Shown: positions 1-6,830 of the stretch, piece by piece
Position numbering within the stretch: the stretch's first letter is position 1
How the letters are laid out: each line of letters starts with the position of its first letter
Virus record (IMG/VR): IMGVR_UViG_3300045988_109082
Direction: 5' to 3' (one strand)
Length of the DNA: 63,750 nucleotides
From: a virus
Translations under genes and position numbers: made by a program
The notes under the pieces: generated by a model
Databases searched by the model: none
Seen by the model: only the letters and a program-made list of their open reading frames with translations
What the model was told of the DNA's origin: nothing

Positions 1-119
1 ATACGGGAGTGTACGGCGTGGCCGTATGGTCGGGAATATTGGGCGTGCCGGTTTCCGTGATTTCTTCGAGTTGGGTGTCCGGCGTGTTGTCGGTCATGTT
101 TTGCTCCGATCAAAAAAAT
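1..119. repeat. Terminal direct repeat copy 1, identical to 63632..63750 (circular closure / assembly overlap)
   Basis: The first 119 nt (atacgggagtgtacggcg...ccgatcaaaaaaat) recur base-for-base as the last 119 nt. Bases 1..97 duplicate the 5' end of the holin-like gene 63456..63728. Confidence 0.95.
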
Positions 120-163
120 AGTGGTGATGCCGCCATCGGGAGTAATGGCGGCATCGGTTGGTT

Positions 164-1315
164 TTAGCGGCAGGTCACCACGTCACCGGGATAGTAGACG
201 TTGATGTTGCCGGAGGGGACGGTGCAGCGGTTGACGTTGTAGCCGTGGGAGGTGGCGAACTCCCATACCGTGTCACCGTACTGGATGGTCTTGGAGACCC
301 CGTCGGACGGTGCGGGGGCGGAGCCCCCGCCGTAGGTGACGACATCGCCCACGTAGTAGCGGTTGATGTCACCGCTTGGCGTGTGCCATGCGGACAGGGG
401 CCATGCGTTGTAGGCTACGGCGAGTCCCCAGATGGTCTCGCCCCACTGCATGACGTAGCTGATGCCTCCAGTGCTGGGAGTGGGCTGGGGAGTGTTCGGC
501 TGCACGGGCGCGGCCGGTGTGGCCGGTGGTGTGGAGTCGCCGGTCGGGTTGGCGTACAAATCCCACTGCCAGCCTTCGCCACGGAAGATGTTGAGGTCGA
601 TGGGACTCCACGTGTTGACCACGCCGGTGCCACTGTACTGTCGCATGGCCTCGCCGTACGCGCCCAGCATCCACGGGTTGGCCTGGTAGCCGGTCGGGCT
701 CATGTTCGCGTACTGCGCGATCCACAAACCGTAGTTGGCGCGGATGTCGCCGGGGATGGTGCCGGCCACGGGGCCGGTGTAGAGCAGCGGCTTGACGCCG
801 CCCGAGAGCCGTTCGCATTCCGCCATGAAGCGGCGCACCCAGTCCCAGTTGCCCCACGCCGGATTATCGTCCATCTCCCAGTCAAGGGCGACGATGCCGT
901 GACGCCAATAGTTGCTGGTGTTGCGGTAGAAGAATTGGGCTTCGGCTTCCGGGTTGCCTCCCATGGCGTAATGGTACAGGCCGAATTTCTTGCCGGATGC
1001 CTGCGCCTGGTAGATCATGCGGTTGGCGTCCGTGTTCACACCGGAGACCAAACAGTTGTTGTTGACCTGTCCGGTGCCCCATGTGGTGCCGACCACGATG
1101 AAATCGGCCTGCATGTTGTACACGTCCGCGCCGCACTGCCAGTTGCTCATGTCCACGCCCTGCATGTCCGCGTGCGCGGTCGCCGGAAGCAGCATCATAC
1201 AGACGGCGGCGACTAGGGCCGTGATCTTGGCGAGCAGACGCTTCCACCACGGCTTGTCCTTGTTTTTAACCAATTTTTCCCCTTTCTCTGAGGTGAATAT
1301 TGTTTTGTGGCCCAC
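164..1315 (-). CDS. Endolysin: GH25 muramidase with N-terminal signal/anchor and two C-terminal LysM-like repeats
   Basis: 383-aa ORF. N-terminus is KDKPWWKR plus a hydrophobic core ending ATAHA. GVDMSNWQ and GLYHYA motifs are typical of GH25. P/T-rich linker, then two LysM-like repeats (YVMQWGETIWGLAVAYN, IQYGDTVWEFATSHGYN). GTG start at 1315; alternative TTG start at 1273 behind AAAGGGG. Confidence 0.85.
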   Translation of the reverse strand: MGHKTIFTSEKGEKLVKNKDKPWWKRLLAKITALVAAVCMMLLPATAHADMQGVDMSNWQCGADVYNMQADFIVVGTTWGTGQVNNNCLVSGVNTDANRMIYQAQASGKKFGLYHYAMGGNPEAEAQFFYRNTSNYWRHGIVALDWEMDDNPAWGNWDWVRRFMAECERLSGGVKPLLYTGPVAGTIPGDIRANYGLWIAQYANMSPTGYQANPWMLGAYGEAMRQYSGTGVVNTWSPIDLNIFRGEGWQWDLYANPTGDSTPPATPAAPVQPNTPQPTPSTGGISYVMQWGETIWGLAVAYNAWPLSAWHTPSGDINRYYVGDVVTYGGGSAPAPSDGVSKTIQYGDTVWEFATSHGYNVNRCTVPSGNINVYYPGDVVTCR

Positions 1316-1359
1316 GGTCGTGGGTCAGGATTATCGGGGCCCACTCGGGGCCGTCAATG

Positions 1360-1389
1360 GAAAAGCCCCACACGGTATGGTGTGGGGCT
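1360..1389 (-). terminator. Intrinsic terminator hairpin after fibre module B
   Basis: AGCCCCACAC-cauacc-GUGUGGGGCU followed by UUUU on the minus strand. Near-identical copy at 4907..4936. Confidence 0.7.
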
Positions 1390-1393
1390 AGAA

Positions 1394-2308
1394 TCAGTCG
1401 ATTTTGTACAGGCGGGGAGTGAACGTCTTATCGACCTCGCCCGTGGTGTTGACGAAAATGTTGCATTGGAGAGTGCCGTCCTTCAAGGTTTTCGGCCCAT
1501 AGTTACGAGGTCCGAACACATTTGCTCCTTCGCTCCCGTCGTCGTGGGAGATATGGGCTTGTATGCCCATCAGCCATGAATTGTTGCCCAGCGGCCAGTC
1601 CGTGGCGTCCATCGTGTACGTTCCCGCATCCACATGCACCACACTGGTCAAGTTATTCCACGAGTCGGTCTCTGTCGTGGTGGAGCCTTTGAACCGGTAC
1701 GTGCCCGGCGATGGTTCCGTGACCATAACACCCGGGTCGGTGCCTAATGTCTTAGGCAGTCCGGTGACACGCGGATACAGGTTCGCTAGTTCATAGCCCC
1801 CCCCCCTAAGGCTCGTGTTGTCGGGTCGCATCCAATCGTGCGCGGTAGTACCGGATTCCAACTGGATTCGGAGGTCGCCGTCCTTCGCGGTGGGCGTGGC
1901 CTCGGTGGAGATGACGTTGAGGAACAGGCTGACGGTGCCGGCAGGGATTGCCATGACACTGTTACCCAAGTTCATTTGGTCTCCCAGTTGCTGCCCCTTG
2001 GCGTCGAGGCACTTGATGTTGAAGCTCAAACCGGCGATACTAGTGCCGCTGAGTTTCACGGTGCCCTGTACCGGGCATGGGAACGTCCACGACAGGCCAC
2101 GCCATTGACCGGTGGCGGTGCCGGTGACGTGCAATGACCCGTCACTGTTGACGGTGGCGGTCAAACCGTTGCCCTCGGCGGGACCATAGGCGAGCAGGTT
2201 ACGGGATTTCACCGTGACTGGAATCCGCTTGCTGATGTTCGGACTGGTTTTCGAGTTGATGGTGACCGTTGTGTTACCGGGTTTCACGCCGGTTACGGAA
2301 ATACCCAT
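1394..2308 (-). CDS. Tail-fibre distal module B (C-terminal half of a Big_2 domain plus putative receptor-binding region)
   Basis: 304 aa behind AAGGAGG. Starts MGISVTGVKPGNTTVTINSK..IPVTV, which matches only the C-half of a Big_2 Ig-like domain. The next ~60 aa are paralogous to 2358..2879. Contains a G10 tract. Confidence 0.75.
   Translation of the reverse strand: MGISVTGVKPGNTTVTINSKTSPNISKRIPVTVKSRNLLAYGPAEGNGLTATVNSDGSLHVTGTATGQWRGLSWTFPCPVQGTVKLSGTSIAGLSFNIKCLDAKGQQLGDQMNLGNSVMAIPAGTVSLFLNVISTEATPTAKDGDLRIQLESGTTAHDWMRPDNTSLRGGGYELANLYPRVTGLPKTLGTDPGVMVTEPSPGTYRFKGSTTTETDSWNNLTSVVHVDAGTYTMDATDWPLGNNSWLMGIQAHISHDDGSEGANVFGPRNYGPKTLKDGTLQCNIFVNTTGEVDKTFTPRLYKID
1797..1806 (-). repeat. 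Homopolymer G10 (C10 on the plus strand) inside fibre module B
   Basis: Codons AGG GGG GGG GGC (R-G-G-G, aa ~168-171). Motif TTAG(10). Confidence 0.95.
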
Positions 2309-2320
2309 GAGGGGCCTCCT

Positions 2321-2354
2321 TGAAATAATGGAAGCCCCTGTTCATGGGGCTTCC
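2321..2354 (-). terminator. Intrinsic terminator hairpin after fibre module A
   Basis: GGAAGCCCC-augaaca-GGGGCUUCC followed by AUUAUUU on the minus strand. Sits between the stop at 2358 and the RBS of the next gene. Confidence 0.6.
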
Positions 2355-2357
2355 GGT

Positions 2358-2879
2358 TTATGCGTATGGCTTGTACGCGTGTGCTTCGCTGCCGGTTTCC
2401 AGCATTGGATACACCGTCGCGTCAACGGGCCTGCCGTTGTTCACTCCGGCCTTGCACTGATAGGTGCTGTTTTCCGATACCGTGAACGTGACAGCCAAAT
2501 TGTGAACTTGATTGTCCAGCACCTTGTATTCGGTCTTGCCGCCTGTGGTAACGGCTACGAATAGGATGATTCCGTCGGGGAGGTTCGCGGCGGATAACGT
2601 GTATTGTCCCGCTGGCAACGGCGTATTATCCGTACTACCCTGATCGGCACGCCCGATTGACGAGGTGCTGGTGCCTTTCACGTGGATGCCACCGTCGGCG
2701 GCGACCGTAAACGTCACGCCATTCTGCGTACCGTTTGGTATCTTCAGCCACATGTTCTTGATCGGGGGTAACACGCGTACTGGAATGGTTTTCGAGACAG
2801 TGCCGGCTTGGATGGTTAGGCTGGTGTCACCCGGGGTCAGGCCGGATACGGCCACCCCCCCCCTAAAAGATTCGTTCAT
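2358..2879 (-). CDS. Tail-fibre distal module A (C-terminal half of a Big_2 domain plus putative receptor-binding region)
   Basis: 173 aa behind AAGGAG. MNESFRG then GVAVSGLTPGDTSLTIQAGTVSKTIPVRV, a Big_2 C-half. Paralogous to the N-terminal part of 1394..2308. G9 tract at codons 6-9. Confidence 0.75.
   Translation of the reverse strand: MNESFRGGVAVSGLTPGDTSLTIQAGTVSKTIPVRVLPPIKNMWLKIPNGTQNGVTFTVAADGGIHVKGTSTSSIGRADQGSTDNTPLPAGQYTLSAANLPDGIILFVAVTTGGKTEYKVLDNQVHNLAVTFTVSENSTYQCKAGVNNGRPVDATVYPMLETGSEAHAYKPYA
2855..2863 (-). repeat. Homopolymer G9 (C9 on the plus strand) at codons 6-9 of fibre module A
   Basis: ATG AAC GAA TCT TTT AGG GGG GGG GTG. Motif TTAG(9). Confidence 0.95.
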
Positions 2880-2884
2880 GATGG

Positions 2885-3595
2885 TTACTCCTTACTGTTG
2901 ATGGGTGCGATGGTCTTGTCGAGGATGTTCGCGGCGAATTCCTGCGGCGCGTAATCCGGCAGGATGTTGACGTTCAGGCTGGCTGTCTCGCCCACCCTCA
3001 ATGTCAACGATTCCGGGGTGACGGTGATGCCGGTCGGTTTCGCGTCGCCAACCACGGCGATATCCGGGCTGGCGGCGCTGGCCGTGAACTCCTGCGATGC
3101 CGCATCGGGCAGGATCGTCACCTTGAGGTTCTTGCTCTCGCCGACGCGCAGGGTGATGTTGTCGATGGGTTTGCCGGAATCGTCCGTGACCTTGATGGAC
3201 TCGGGCGCGTAGGCCGCGCTGATGGACACGGCGGCGGAAGTGAAACCGTTGACCGTGGCCGTCACCAATATGGTTCCGCCATGCCGCCACGTGAGCGTGT
3301 TGCCCGAAACCGTGGCGGTGGAAGTGTCCCGGCTTGTGAACGTCACGTCCTTGGTGGTCAGCAGATCGCCAACATGACCGTCCGCATACGTGGCCTTCGC
3401 CCCCAGTTTCAAAGTGCCGGACACGGCCAGCGACTTGGGCAGCGGCTTGCCCTTATCATCCGTGATCTCGATGGAGACCACCGTGTCCTTGTCCAGCGGC
3501 CATACGAGTTTGCCGTTGAATAGGGCGTTGTACGTGTGGCCGTTCAATAATGGTTTGCCGACACGTTTGCCGGAGTAAAAGGCTGGCATGATCAA
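2885..3595 (-). CDS. Tail-fibre stem protein: one full Big_2 domain plus two orphan Big_2 N-terminal half-domains
   Basis: 236 aa. Full Ig-like segment LAVSGTLKLGAKATYADG...GGTILVTATVNGFTSAAVSISA. It is followed by ITLRVGESKNLKVTILPDAASQEFTASAASPDIAVVGDAK and LTLRVGETASLNVNILPDYAPQEFAANILDKTIAPINSKE, and then a stop codon. Confidence 0.8.
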   Translation of the reverse strand: MIMPAFYSGKRVGKPLLNGHTYNALFNGKLVWPLDKDTVVSIEITDDKGKPLPKSLAVSGTLKLGAKATYADGHVGDLLTTKDVTFTSRDTSTATVSGNTLTWRHGGTILVTATVNGFTSAAVSISAAYAPESIKVTDDSGKPIDNITLRVGESKNLKVTILPDAASQEFTASAASPDIAVVGDAKPTGITVTPESLTLRVGETASLNVNILPDYAPQEFAANILDKTIAPINSKE

Positions 3596-4458
3596 GCCCC
3601 CTTCACAGTGGCCTTGGCTGCGGGCTCCTCCGACACGGTTCCGGCTGGCGTCTCCCCGGCGGAGTCCTTGCCGGTTCCCCCCGTGGTGCCTTCGGTGGTG
3701 CCGGCGGAAGGCAGTTCGGCGGAAGCGCTCTCGGCCTTGTCCTTGACCGCCCGCACCGTCGAATCGATGGCGGCGATGGCCGTCTCGCCCTTCGCCGCGA
3801 CCATGGAAGCGGTGTCGGCCACGGTCTGCGAATCATTGGCGACGGAAGCCGCCGCCATACTGGCGTTCGACGCGAGGACATCCAGATCGGACTGCACGGC
3901 GGTCGCGGAATCCGCGGAGGACCGGGCGCTCAGCATGGCGCTCTTCGCCAAAGCGGCGTTCGTCTGCGCTTCGGCCGTGATGGACTCCAGCGTGCTCAAG
4001 GCCGCAGCGGCCTTCGCGGTCGTGGCGGTTTCGTCGAAGAACACCAGCTCGTCCGGGTATTGTGCGGAAAGTGTCTCCGCCTCCGACTGGGTGGAAGCGT
4101 GGCGAACCTTCAGCAGTTGGGAGCCTGTCATGTCCTTCGGTACGAACGTGGCGGCGTCAACCTCCACAAGGTCAGCGTACTCGACCCTGGCCTGGGAGTC
4201 CGGCACCTCGACGTAACGCGTGTACGCCTGCGGCGAATCCGCCAGTTCCACAACCTGCCACACAAACGCAGGAGTCGTGGGCAGCAGGTCAACCGTCAGC
4301 TCGCCGCTTTCGGACAGGTCCGCGTCGAACGAGGCCGCGATAATAAGATTCTTCGCCGCGTCGAAATGGCGACGCACCGGGCGGAACCGCATCAGGCCGG
4401 TGACCGGGTCCAAGCCGCCGGTCTTCGGCTTCCTAATGGAAATATGGATTTGGGTCAT
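3592..4458 (-). CDS. Minor tail / fibre protein (Ala/Ser-rich, coiled-coil-like C-terminal half)
   Basis: 288 aa. ATGA overlaps with both neighbours. Position within the tail-tip module. Confidence 0.65.
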   Translation of the reverse strand: MTQIHISIRKPKTGGLDPVTGLMRFRPVRRHFDAAKNLIIAASFDADLSESGELTVDLLPTTPAFVWQVVELADSPQAYTRYVEVPDSQARVEYADLVEVDAATFVPKDMTGSQLLKVRHASTQSEAETLSAQYPDELVFFDETATTAKAAAALSTLESITAEAQTNAALAKSAMLSARSSADSATAVQSDLDVLASNASMAAASVANDSQTVADTASMVAAKGETAIAAIDSTVRAVKDKAESASAELPSAGTTEGTTGGTGKDSAGETPAGTVSEEPAAKATVKGA

Positions 4459-4886
4459 TACTGTTCCTCCTTATTGGATTCGATTGTTTCGGGGGCCACG
4501 TCCGGGCGAAGCTCGTCCGGCAGCGATGGCTTGGGATGACGTTTCAAAAACTCGGGTTCCGTCACTTCGCAGAACGATTGCAGCCAATGGAACAGGCCAC
4601 GCACATAGGCCACGATCTTGAAATACTTGCGTTGCACCTCCTCCAAATGCTGGATTTGGGTCTCCTGAAAAGCGACCTGCTCACGCAACGGGTCGATGAT
4701 GCTTTCCGTGAGAATCTTCACGGCCTTGTCGGCCGCGTCGGCGGTGATGCCGTCGATATCGGCCTCGGTTTTCCTGCTGTTCGACCACGCGCCGACCAGT
4801 CCGCCGATGCCGCCACCGCCGAGGAGCGCGAGAATCAACGCGCTCCAAAACTCGGCGCTTGAAAACAGGTCATGAAAAGGGGACAT
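4458..4886 (-). CDS. Membrane-anchored coiled-coil protein, function unknown
   Basis: 142 aa. N-terminal TM-like segment WSALILALLGGGGIGGLVGAW. First gene after the terminator at 4907..4936. Confidence 0.6.
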   Translation of the reverse strand: MSPFHDLFSSAEFWSALILALLGGGGIGGLVGAWSNSRKTEADIDGITADAADKAVKILTESIIDPLREQVAFQETQIQHLEEVQRKYFKIVAYVRGLFHWLQSFCEVTEPEFLKRHPKPSLPDELRPDVAPETIESNKEEQ

Positions 4887-4906
4887 TCAGTGTCCTTTCG
4901 AATATG

Positions 4907-4936
4907 GGAAAGCCCCACACGATATGGTGTGAGGCT
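4907..4936 (-). terminator. Intrinsic terminator hairpin, paralog of 1360..1389
   Basis: AGCCUCACAC-cauauc-GUGUGGGGCU followed by UUUCCC on the minus strand. Confidence 0.65.
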
Positions 4937-5006
4937 AAGTCAACTGACTATCGTCAGGCGTTACGTATTATGCTTACAACAAACGGCAAGGCGGGACACG
5001 TCCACT

Positions 5007-5702
5007 TCACGCCATACGCAACCGCGCATAACGCGAAACACCTTCAACCCCTAACGATGCGTCACGCCAACGCAGACTATTACCAGACGAATCATTGCCG
5101 ACAATGGAAACCGTGCCCCAATGAAACGTCGTGAGCTTCACCGTGTACGAGCCGTAAGGCAACCGCACAGAACCGGAAGCAACCCACCTCAACGTGCCGC
5201 CGTTCTTCTGCGGCGACGTGGAACACCAATACGCTTTACGCTCACCGTTCGCGTCCAAGAAGTCGAACGCCATACTGTATTCGCCGGTACCGCTGATCGC
5301 GGCCGCAACCTCGCACAGGATAAGCCCCCCGCAAGTAACAGTCGCAGTCTTCTCAAGATAACCACTCTCAGGCTCAGTCCCAGGGGTACCACTCCACGTG
5401 CTCGACCACTCAAACAAGGGGGAGCATCCGCACCCCGGACGCGCAAGGATGCCGGTGACGATGGCGACTTTCGCGTAGGTTTCCACCACGCACCTGTCAC
5501 CGGCTCGGGCTCCCACACAATCCGTGGTCATCTGCAATCCCATGAGCGTGCCGCCGCTCATATCCACGTCAGCGGTCCAATACCCTCCTGTGTCGTACAC
5601 CGTGTTGATGGTGCCGATGCGCGTGATGGTGGCTTCCGCCCCCACTTGGGAGGGCATGATTTCGGCCAGACGATTGCCGGCCCTTATCAGGTTCGACTGC
5701 AT
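5007..5702 (-). CDS. Tail-tip protein, function unknown
   Basis: 231-aa ORF directly abutting the upstream stop, within the tail-tip module. Confidence 0.65.
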   Translation of the reverse strand: MQSNLIRAGNRLAEIMPSQVGAEATITRIGTINTVYDTGGYWTADVDMSGGTLMGLQMTTDCVGARAGDRCVVETYAKVAIVTGILARPGCGCSPLFEWSSTWSGTPGTEPESGYLEKTATVTCGGLILCEVAAAISGTGEYSMAFDFLDANGERKAYWCSTSPQKNGGTLRWVASGSVRLPYGSYTVKLTTFHWGTVSIVGNDSSGNSLRWRDASLGVEGVSRYARLRMA

Positions 5703-6830
5703 TTATGCCTTCACTGTTGTTGGTTCGCTTGGACGCTGGAAGGTACGGGCCTCGCATTCGATGGGAATACCGGCCTCCAAAGTGATATTCTGCGCGCGTA
5801 TCGCAAACCTGCCGGAAACCGAGCCGGTCGGATACTCCAAGTCCACCACGTCGGTCAGATTCAAAGGAGCGTACACGTGCGTGAACGTGACCCTGTGAAT
5901 CACGGATTGTTCGGTGCGTAGCAGTTCCAACGCCTTGTCCGAGGCGAGTTTCCTGCCTTGCTCGTCGGTAGTCACCTCGTCGGGGATGCTGGAATACTCG
6001 TAGGCGTGAGCCACCCTGCGGCCACGGCTGACAGTGCTGAACTCCGAAGCCGGGTCATCGTCAATCGCGGTCGAAACGTATTCCTTGTCCGTGTTGTAGT
6101 AGGTGACCTTCACCACGTTCGCCACCTCACGCAGGTCGCGTTCGTCGGTCATGGTGGTGAGGAACGTGGCGTTCGCACCCTCCTGAAACGTCCATTTCGG
6201 CTGGCGTTTGCCCGGCTCCACATACTTCTCCAATATGACGCGCCCGTACTCGTCGGTTCTCGCACTGGAGTATCCGGCCAAATCCAAGAGATCGTTCACC
6301 GCGTCAAGCTTGGTGCTGCCCTTGTCCTTGTCCTTATCGGACCTCAAACCGAACGTCCAATTATCCTTCAGCGTGTAATTGCCGGGATTGTAGGCCGCGA
6401 CCTGAAGCCCGCATCCCTTGAGGATGTCGGCGGCGGCGGTCACGGCCTTCTTGCCCTTGCCTATCGTTATCGGCGACTCGAACATGTCGTCATCGACTTC
6501 TTGCAGCAGCCCGTACAAATCCAGTTGGCTGGAAGATTCCTTGCCGTTCACGCTGCGCTTGGGGATGTTGGGAAGGAACGTGCCCAACGGCACACTTGCC
6601 GTGGAACCGTCATGCCACGTGCAGTCGGCCCATATCCGTAGCCGGTCGGTGCCCAGGTCGGTCGCCCCCTCCACGGTCAGGGAACCGGATTCGCAGATAT
6701 TGGTGTCCTGGTTGCGTTCGATGCTGCCCCCGGATATCACCCAATCCAACCGTCCGGTCTCCAAACCCGTGTTCCTGTTGACTCGCATCACACGGTAGGC
6801 GACCTTGAAAGGCTTGCTCCAATCACTCAT
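5703..6830 (-). CDS. Tail-associated (Tal/baseplate-like) protein
   Basis: 375 aa counted from the ATG at 6830, which forms an ATGA overlap with the upstream stop. Position follows the Dit-like gene. Confidence 0.65.
   Translation of the reverse strand: MSDWSKPFKVAYRVMRVNRNTGLETGRLDWVISGGSIERNQDTNICESGSLTVEGATDLGTDRLRIWADCTWHDGSTASVPLGTFLPNIPKRSVNGKESSSQLDLYGLLQEVDDDMFESPITIGKGKKAVTAAADILKGCGLQVAAYNPGNYTLKDNWTFGLRSDKDKDKGSTKLDAVNDLLDLAGYSSARTDEYGRVILEKYVEPGKRQPKWTFQEGANATFLTTMTDERDLREVANVVKVTYYNTDKEYVSTAIDDDPASEFSTVSRGRRVAHAYEYSSIPDEVTTDEQGRKLASDKALELLRTEQSVIHRVTFTHVYAPLNLTDVVDLEYPTGSVSGRFAIRAQNITLEAGIPIECEARTFQRPSEPTTVKA

Noticed and set aside
1394-3595. Diversity-generating retroelement or invertible shufflon as the source of fibre variation.
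   Set aside because: I recognised no reverse transcriptase and no serine/tyrosine invertase other than int in the window. I saw no template/variable repeat pair and no inverted repeats flanking the modules. The two modules are in direct orientation.
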